Below, one piece after another: positions 55,869 to 61,500 of a stretch of 64,000 nt of DNA. This stretch comes from Candidatus Omnitrophota bacterium (GTDB taxonomy: Bacteria; Omnitrophota; Gorgyraeia; Zapsychrales; Zapsychraceae), in the NCBI GenBank assembly GCA_029261065.1, contig JAJDCB010000028.1:447-64446 (forward strand). The letters are read 5' to 3'. The translations under genes and the position numbers were made by a program. Within the stretch, counting starts at the first letter, position 1. Every line of letters begins with the position of its first letter. Under the pieces are notes generated by a model. That model did no database searches. It saw only the letters and a list, made by a program, of their open reading frames with translations, and was not told the origin of the DNA.

Positions 55869-56039
55869 ACCAAGATACAAGGTAGAAGAAATTCCAGCCT
55901 GCGGCTGGAACCTCGCCTTTGGCGGGGCAAAAAATAACCATTTTCCAATATTTCAATAACCAAATGTTTGGTGTTTTTAAGTATTGGTTATTGATTATTT
56001 TTTGTATCTTGTGCCTTGTATCTTGGTTATTCCTGCCAG
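55869..56039. repeat. Second type of MITE-like element: 23-bp terminal inverted repeats CCAGGAATAACCAAGATACAAGG flanking ~125 bp with internal hairpins, inserted between the TMTC-like gene and tRNA-Arg
   Basis: 55869-55891 ccaggaataaccaagatacaagg vs 56017-56039 ccttgtatcttggttattcctgg are exact reverse complements. Internal hairpins: ccagcctgcggctgg, and aataaccaaa..ttggttatt. Confidence 0.6.
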
Positions 56040-56055
56040 GTTTTTTTGTAAATTT

Positions 56056-56129
56056 GCGCCTGTAGCTCAGATGGATAGAGCGCGGCCCTCCTAAGGCCGG
56101 CGTCGGAGGTTCGACTCCCCCCAGGCGCA
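56056..56129 (+). tRNA. tRNA-Arg (anticodon CCU)
   Basis: GCGCCTG acceptor stem, D-arm TAGCTCAGATGGATAGAGC, anticodon stem-loop CGGCC-CTCCTAA-GGCCG (CCT), T-arm GGAGGTTCGACTCCCCC, 3' CAGGCGC + A. 74 nt; CCA not encoded. Confidence 0.9.
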
Positions 56130-56157
56130 TAATTTTGAATCCACCGTATAATAAGAG

Positions 56158-56194
56158 AACATCTCATCCCCGCAGAAGCGGGGATCTAGAGATA
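56158..56194. repeat. Solo half-copy of the MITE/REP-like hairpin element just downstream of tRNA-Arg
   Basis: aacatctcatccccgcagaagcggggatctagag has a single arm with the CCCGC-agaa-GCGGG hairpin. Confidence 0.6.
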
Positions 56195-56372
56195 TAAGGA
56201 CTTACGACAAAACTTTATAATGATGCATTTGAAGAACTTTCTCTTTTTTATGTTGTAATTTCTGAACATCAAGAAAAAATATTTTTAATGATAATTTTTG
56301 CAGACATCAAATCTTATTGAAAACAAACAAGTTGCAACAAAAAATGTTGTTAAAAATAAATTCAAAATATAT

Positions 56373-56403
56373 TGACATGTGTAAGTACTTGTGTGACAAT
56401 GTC
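56373..56403 (+). promoter_or_regulatory. Candidate promoter (TTGACA-17 nt-GACAAT) giving a ~180-nt 5' UTR for the porin gene
   Basis: atatTTGACAtgtgtaagtacttgtgtGACAATgtcc. Followed by a long AT-rich UTR ending in the strong RBS GGAGGAG. Confidence 0.25.
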
Positions 56404-56583
56404 CACGAATCAAATATTTTTTACCCAGTGATGATTTTAATCTGACCGAAGAAAGGGGGGATGAAAACTAGATTGGTCTGAAGTCATCGAAGAAACTGGT
56501 TCTATGGTCGAAATAATCTAGGCCATTTAGTACCTAGTTATATATATAGATAAAAGTTGTAAAACTTTTTGGAGGAGACACAA

Positions 56584-58020
56584 ATGAGAAAATTAACATT
56601 GTTAGCGACACTATTTGCAGTAGCTATTATGGCTGTGCCAGCGTCAGCTAACGTTCAGACAATTAAAGTAAGTGGTGCTATAAACCAGATGTTCATCTGG
56701 AGAAACAACTTTGACTTTGGTCGAGCATCTTCTGGTGAAGCCAGACAACATCTTTTGGCTGCACAAGCCCATGTTGATGTTGATGCTGATTTAACAGATC
56801 AAATCTCAGCTGGTTTTAGTATCTTTAACGAAAGAGCTTTAGAAGCAGATTCATCTACTTCTACAGATCTTAACTTAAGTCGAGCATTTTTCGTTATTCG
56901 TCAAATGCTTTACACCCCGATGACAGTAACAGCTGGTCGTCATCCTTTCAGTTATGGTAATTCCTTAATAATTGATTCAACTGGTGCTAACAATGTTGCT
57001 CCAGGAGATTCCAATTTAGCTGGATTAGCCAATGACCTTACTGGTCAGACATCGCAAGATGCCGTTCGTATTACATTTGATTATGAACCATTAGTATTAG
57101 AATTGTTATTTTCAAAAATAACACCTAATACTGCTGCAGCTGCTGCAGAAGACAATGATGACCATGATCTTTATGGTATCAATGCCACATGGGAAGCAAA
57201 TGATGATGCGAATTCAGTTGTTGAAGCTTACTTTTTTGCAAGCTACAACAGAGCTACTGAAGGTAATGCGACTGGACCAGCAATTGGTAAAGTGGATACA
57301 ATCTATACTCCAGGGTTTAGATTTAGCACAACACCAATAGAAGGTCTAAACATCCAAGGTGAGCTTGCTCATCAGGGTGGTACAAAAGCTGATTCATCTG
57401 ATGCTGATAACCAACGCAGACGTCACGCGTATGCAGCTCAGCTTATTAGTAACTATGAAGTTCCAGATGGCATTTTGCCTGATGAAGTAGGTGAAATGGA
57501 TCCAGTATTGCAATACATCTTTACATATGCTTCAGGTGACAGCAATACGGCAGGAGCGAATTGTCAAGGGGCTGGATGTTCTCATGAAACGTACACAGCA
57601 TGGGATCCTCTTTATGAAAATCAAGGTGGAGGAACTATTTATAACTCTATTTTTGATCTTTCTAACTTGATCATTCATTCTATTTCTCTTCAATTAAATC
57701 CAATGGAAGACGTGACAACAAAGGTAAGTTGGCATGGTCTTTGGAGAGATAATGAAGTTCCTGGTGTAAGTGGTGTTGGATCAGCTGGATCAACAGAAAC
57801 ATTCAAAAGTCCTAACGTATCTGGCGGTACTCAAACATTGAGTGTTGTTGGTGGTGAGGACTTCTATGGTTACGAAGTTGATTGGGAAACTACTTATGAT
57901 TACACTGAAGATTTTCAAATCGGTGTAAACTTTGGTATTTTCAATCCAGGTCAAGTTTTTAATGGCCGAAACAACCAGGCTGCATCACAAGCTATTGTTA
58001 ATGGAAATGTTGCATTCTAA
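56584..58020 (+). CDS. Outer-membrane beta-barrel porin-like protein
   Basis: ATG at 56584 after the RBS GGAGGAG. Signal peptide MRKLTLLATLFAVAIMAVPASA. Alternating amphipathic beta-strand pattern and C-terminal ..GNVAF (terminal Phe, an OMP signature). Followed by a strong intrinsic terminator. Confidence 0.6.
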   Translation: MRKLTLLATLFAVAIMAVPASANVQTIKVSGAINQMFIWRNNFDFGRASSGEARQHLLAAQAHVDVDADLTDQISAGFSIFNERALEADSSTSTDLNLSRAFFVIRQMLYTPMTVTAGRHPFSYGNSLIIDSTGANNVAPGDSNLAGLANDLTGQTSQDAVRITFDYEPLVLELLFSKITPNTAAAAAEDNDDHDLYGINATWEANDDANSVVEAYFFASYNRATEGNATGPAIGKVDTIYTPGFRFSTTPIEGLNIQGELAHQGGTKADSSDADNQRRRHAYAAQLISNYEVPDGILPDEVGEMDPVLQYIFTYASGDSNTAGANCQGAGCSHETYTAWDPLYENQGGGTIYNSIFDLSNLIIHSISLQLNPMEDVTTKVSWHGLWRDNEVPGVSGVGSAGSTETFKSPNVSGGTQTLSVVGGEDFYGYEVDWETTYDYTEDFQIGVNFGIFNPGQVFNGRNNQAASQAIVNGNVAF

Positions 58021-58051
58021 TTTCTAGTTAACAATTGTTTTACATATAAAA

Positions 58052-58088
58052 CGTCCTTACTGCTAATGCGGTAAGGACGTTTTTTTTA
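58052..58088 (+). terminator. Rho-independent terminator of the porin gene
   Basis: cgtccttac-tgctaatgcg-gtaaggacg (9-bp perfect stem, 10-nt loop) followed by a run of 9 T. Confidence 0.85.
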
Positions 58089-58153
58089 TGCACATTTTAT
58101 GCATAAAAATAACAGACGTTTTTTTATGCACATTTTATGCATAAAAATAACGA
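58077..58153 (+). repeat. 38-bp tandem duplication containing the palindromic motif ATGCA-N7-TGCAT twice
   Basis: gacgtttttttttatgcacattttatgcataaaaataaca / gacgtttttttatgcacattttatgcataaaaataacga. Each copy contains atgcacattttatgcat. Confidence 0.7.
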
Positions 58154-58485
58154 ACAATTTTTATGTTGAAGAACTAATTCAAAAATAGCGAGCATTTTAT
58201 TTAGAAGCCTTGACGTAAAAATCAAAATAAGAAAGTATAATTTTGATCAAAAAAACGTTTTATTTGTAAAAACCTTTTTCTTAACCGAGCTCTCGACGAG
58301 GAGTTATTGAAAATAGTTGTAAAAAAGTTAAAATACTGTTTCTTTTTAAATAATAATTTGTTAATATAAAAACAATCAAAAAGCTTTCCGATGTATTTAA
58401 GAGATATGACTTTACGGAAATATAGCTTTTTATTGAAAGACACACTTCTCGCAAGAAAATTTAGAATAGTTCATTTAGGAAAATT

Positions 58486-59061
58486 ATGACACGCGATGAT
58501 ATCTACGATCACTTAGCTCAAGTATATTTGGGTAAACGTAAAGAAGTCGACGAGCGAAAAACTCGTCAGTTTAATGCATGGTTGGTTATTAATATTGCTA
58601 TTACGTTTATTGTTTTTGCAAGTGCGACATATGGTCTAACGGCCTTTTTAACGAACCGTTCTGACTTTTTGGATAATCGTATTATTTATGCCTTGCATCA
58701 AGGTAAGATCCGTCTAGAGTACAATTTATTCGAACCCTACGCCCCAGTTAAGACATTTGCTTTAAATGTTCCTTCTATTGATGCCAGCAAATACAAAAGC
58801 ATTCAATTTTCTATTCGTGGTAAAGAAGAAGGGACTCCAGGTGTCGTCAAAATTGTGGTTAGAAATTTTAAAAATGAATCATCTTCTTATTACATTCAGG
58901 GAGTCGGCCTTAAATGGCAAGATTTCGATATCTCTTTAAGTGAATTTCAACAAATTACAGATTGGTCTAACATTATTGATGTATCCTTTGTTCTTGAGAC
59001 GTGGAATGTGGATAAGAAAAAAGGAATTATTTTAATTGAAGATGTTAGCTTTTCAAGTTAA
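58486..59061 (+). CDS. Single-pass membrane protein with extracytoplasmic beta-sandwich (CBM-like) domain, hypothetical
   Basis: Cytoplasmic N-terminus, TM helix WLVINIAITFIVFASATYGLTAFL, then a ~130-aa domain with an alternating beta pattern (..KSIQFSIRGKEEGTPGVVKIVVRNF.., ..IDVSFVLE.., ..ILIEDVSF). Confidence 0.4.
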   Translation: MTRDDIYDHLAQVYLGKRKEVDERKTRQFNAWLVINIAITFIVFASATYGLTAFLTNRSDFLDNRIIYALHQGKIRLEYNLFEPYAPVKTFALNVPSIDASKYKSIQFSIRGKEEGTPGVVKIVVRNFKNESSSYYIQGVGLKWQDFDISLSEFQQITDWSNIIDVSFVLETWNVDKKKGIILIEDVSFSS

Positions 59062-59134
59062 CCATTTGTGAGGAATGTTTCACATTTGCTTATCATAAAG
59101 CATTCCGATAAGACTAAAGGAGGGTATTTCTCTT

Positions 59135-60493
59135 ATGAAAATTATTTCAATCGCAAATCAAAAAGGTGGTTGCGGTAAGACGACCACAGCGATTAATTTA
59201 GCAGCGGCGTTAGGCCTAAACGGCAAGAGGGTCATGTTGCTGGATTTGGATCCACAAGCGCACGCTTCTTTAGGTTTGGACATTGAGAGCCAAGACAGTT
59301 TGTATAATGTCATCTCCAATCTCACACCTCGTAAATTAAAGATTGAAAATATTATCAAAAGTGTTGAAGGGATTTTTGATATTGTCCCATCGAACATTCT
59401 TGTCGGAACTTTAGAGCAGGAATTGGCCGATGAGATTGGACGAGAGTTAAAGTTAACAGAAATTTTAAAAGCTGTTGAAGGCCAATATGATTATGTTTTG
59501 ATTGATTGTCCACCTAGTTTAGGAATTTTAACGGTCAATGCATTGCGTGCTAGTAATGAATTGATTATTCCAGTTGAAACAAGCCGTTTTTCCATGCAAG
59601 GGGTAGATCATTTGACAGACATCGTTAATTTAGTTAAAGATCGATTAAATCATACAGTTAAAAGTAATATATTAGTTACGATGTTTGATTCTCGTTTACG
59701 TCATTCTTTTGCAATGTTATCAACATTTAAGGAACGTTTTACAGGGTTGTTGTTTGATACGATTATCCATATTAATGTTAAGCTTAAAGAGTCCGCGGTT
59801 ATGGGAAAGCCTGTGTCAAGTTATGACAAATATTGTCGAGGATCAAAGGATTATTATTCTTTAGCAAAAGAGATGATTTCGATTGAGGCTCAGGAAGAAA
59901 GAAGACTTGAAGAGGCTCAAGAAACCGCTCAAGAAGAAGATGAGCCAAAAGATAGTCGTATTGAAAAGGTTGTCCGCGCTATTCGTGAAGCTCAAGAAGA
60001 GCAAAAGGTCGCTAAAGAACAAAGACAAGAAGTTAAGGCACAAGAAAAAGAAGCTAAAGCAGTAGCTAAGGAAGACGCCGCCAAAGCTGAAGAAAAAAGT
60101 GCCGAGACTAAGAAACCTCGTGTTAAAGTAACCCCGGAGGCAAAAGAAGCTCCAGATTTTAAACCCCTGTCCGATAAAATGAAGGCAGTGGTTAAAAAAG
60201 AAGTTCAAGATTTAATGGAGACAAAATTTTGGATTGATGCCGCTGGTGCAAAATCCGTTTATGTTACAGGAAGTTTTAATGATTGGTCGTTAGATGAAAA
60301 TTGTCGTCTCAAAAATAACAACGGCCGATGGGAAGCATCCATCCCTCTTAAGGGTGGAGTTTACAAATATCAATTTATTGTTGATGGTGTTTGGAGAGAA
60401 GATCCCAATAATCCGAGAAAAGAAAGAAACTCATTTGGCGATATTAACTCTCTTGTTGAGGTAAGCACCGATGGGCAAACGCAAGCCGTCTGA
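59135..60493 (+). CDS. ParA/MinD-family P-loop ATPase fused via a Glu/Lys-rich linker to a C-terminal AMPK-beta-type glycogen-binding domain (CBM48)
   Basis: Deviant Walker A MKIISIANQKGGCGKTTTAINLAAALG.., ..LLDLDPQA.., ..YVLIDCPPSLG.. (ParA). Residues ~255-360 are an E/K/A-rich low-complexity stretch. The C-terminus ..TKFWIDAAGAKSVYVTGSFNDWSLDENCRLKNNNGRWEASIPLKGGVYKYQFIVDGVWREDPNNP.. matches the AMPK beta GBD / CBM48 consensus. Confidence 0.75.
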   Translation: MKIISIANQKGGCGKTTTAINLAAALGLNGKRVMLLDLDPQAHASLGLDIESQDSLYNVISNLTPRKLKIENIIKSVEGIFDIVPSNILVGTLEQELADEIGRELKLTEILKAVEGQYDYVLIDCPPSLGILTVNALRASNELIIPVETSRFSMQGVDHLTDIVNLVKDRLNHTVKSNILVTMFDSRLRHSFAMLSTFKERFTGLLFDTIIHINVKLKESAVMGKPVSSYDKYCRGSKDYYSLAKEMISIEAQEERRLEEAQETAQEEDEPKDSRIEKVVRAIREAQEEQKVAKEQRQEVKAQEKEAKAVAKEDAAKAEEKSAETKKPRVKVTPEAKEAPDFKPLSDKMKAVVKKEVQDLMETKFWIDAAGAKSVYVTGSFNDWSLDENCRLKNNNGRWEASIPLKGGVYKYQFIVDGVWREDPNNPRKERNSFGDINSLVEVSTDGQTQAV

Positions 60494-60797
60494 GAATGAG
60501 CTGATTCTTGAAGGGAAAACGTTTGCCATATTATCCTACCTTTCTATTTGTTGTATCATTCCTCTAGTATTCAAAAAAGACAATGAATTTGTCCTAAGAC
60601 ACAGTAAACAGGGTCTTGTATTGTTTGTAGCCGAGGTAGCTATTTTCGTCTTGCATATTTTATTAGGTGTTTGGATATGGAAGTGGGGAATGTTTATCTT
60701 AGGATCTCTTTCTTTTATTGGTATTATTTTTGTTTTAAGAGGGCAGTATGTTAATCTGCCTATCATTTCAGATATCGCCGAAAAATTAACAATTTAA
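60471..60797 (+). CDS. DUF4870-like small membrane protein
   Basis: ..KTFAILSYLSICCIIPLVFKKDNEFVLRHSKQGLVLFVAEVAIFVLHILLG.. resembles the TM2/DUF4870 pattern. Overlaps the ParA-fusion 3' end by 23 nt. Confidence 0.45.
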   Translation: MGKRKPSENELILEGKTFAILSYLSICCIIPLVFKKDNEFVLRHSKQGLVLFVAEVAIFVLHILLGVWIWKWGMFILGSLSFIGIIFVLRGQYVNLPIISDIAEKLTI

Positions 60798-60823
60798 CTC
60801 CTTTCTTAGAAGAAGACTTTTTT

Positions 60824-61393
60824 ATGTCGCGGCTTGACAATTTTCTAAAATCTTTATCTCAATTTTTTCATCTTCCCAAAAAGACTTCTCGTAAAAAGAA
60901 AGTCACTCCAAAAAAGAAAACAAAAAAAACAACTGCAAAAAAGATAAAGCGTGCTGTTAAGAAAAAATCAGCAGCTAAATCCAAGTCAACAAAGACTAAA
61001 AAGAGTGTTGCCAAAAAGAAGAAAACGGCGACTGTTAAGAAAAAGAAGTCTGTTAAAAAGGTAGCTAAAAAAACCAAGGTTAGTTCAAAGCCTAAAAAGA
61101 AGACTTCTCTAAAAAAAGTTAAAACTCCAGAGTTTGAGGGGGAACACGTGGGAGAAGTGACTCATTTTTTTCCAAAAATTCAGGTGATTGTACTAAAAAT
61201 GGAGAAAGCTAAGCTCAAGCTAGGAGACACAATTCATCTGAAAGGTCCCCAAACAGATTTTAAACAGCGTATTGATTCTCTTCAAATTGAAAGCCGTGAT
61301 GTTAAGTCAGCCAAAAAGGGCCAATTGGTTGGATTAAAAGTGAAAAAAAAGGCAAAAATCGGAGATAAGTGCTTTAAAACAATAAATTTATGA
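60824..61393 (+). CDS. Histone H1-like Lys/Ala-rich DNA-binding protein with C-terminal EF-Tu domain-2-like beta-barrel
   Basis: Residues ~20-100 are KKKTKKTTAKKIKRAVKKKSAAKSKSTKTKKSVAKKKKTATVKKKKSVKKVAKKTKVSSKPKKKTSLKKVKT. The C-terminal ~85 aa ..GEVTHFFPKIQVIVLKMEKAKLKLGDTIHLKGPQTDFKQRIDSLQIESRDVKSAKKGQLVGLKV.. resembles the small stand-alone EF-Tu-domain-2-like proteins. Confidence 0.55.
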   Translation: MSRLDNFLKSLSQFFHLPKKTSRKKKVTPKKKTKKTTAKKIKRAVKKKSAAKSKSTKTKKSVAKKKKTATVKKKKSVKKVAKKTKVSSKPKKKTSLKKVKTPEFEGEHVGEVTHFFPKIQVIVLKMEKAKLKLGDTIHLKGPQTDFKQRIDSLQIESRDVKSAKKGQLVGLKVKKKAKIGDKCFKTINL

Positions 61394-61412
61394 ATTCTGA
61401 CAATTTTTGACA

Positions 61413-61447
61413 TTTCTTGGTCTTTTTAGTAATAATATGTTATATTT
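61413..61447 (+). promoter_or_regulatory. Candidate sigma-70 promoter (TTGACA-17 nt-TAATAAT) for the pilin-leader giant gene
   Basis: tttTTGACAtttcttggtctttttagTAATAATatg, ~50 nt upstream of the ATG at 61501. Confidence 0.3.
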
Positions 61448-61500
61448 ATATTAAAGTTTAGTTTATGTTCCAAAAATTTTAATTTTGATACCCCCTACAA

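Noticed and set aside
55756-56130. 124-aa minus-strand ORF (and 55778..55963).
   Set aside because: It overlaps tRNA-Arg and the MITE-like element on the opposite strand, and its translation is low-complexity. Spurious.
58222-58443. 73-aa minus-strand ORF in the AT-rich gap after the porin gene.
   Set aside because: Lys/Phe/Asn-rich translation typical of AT-rich non-coding DNA. No RBS. It sits in a promoter/terminator-dense intergenic region.
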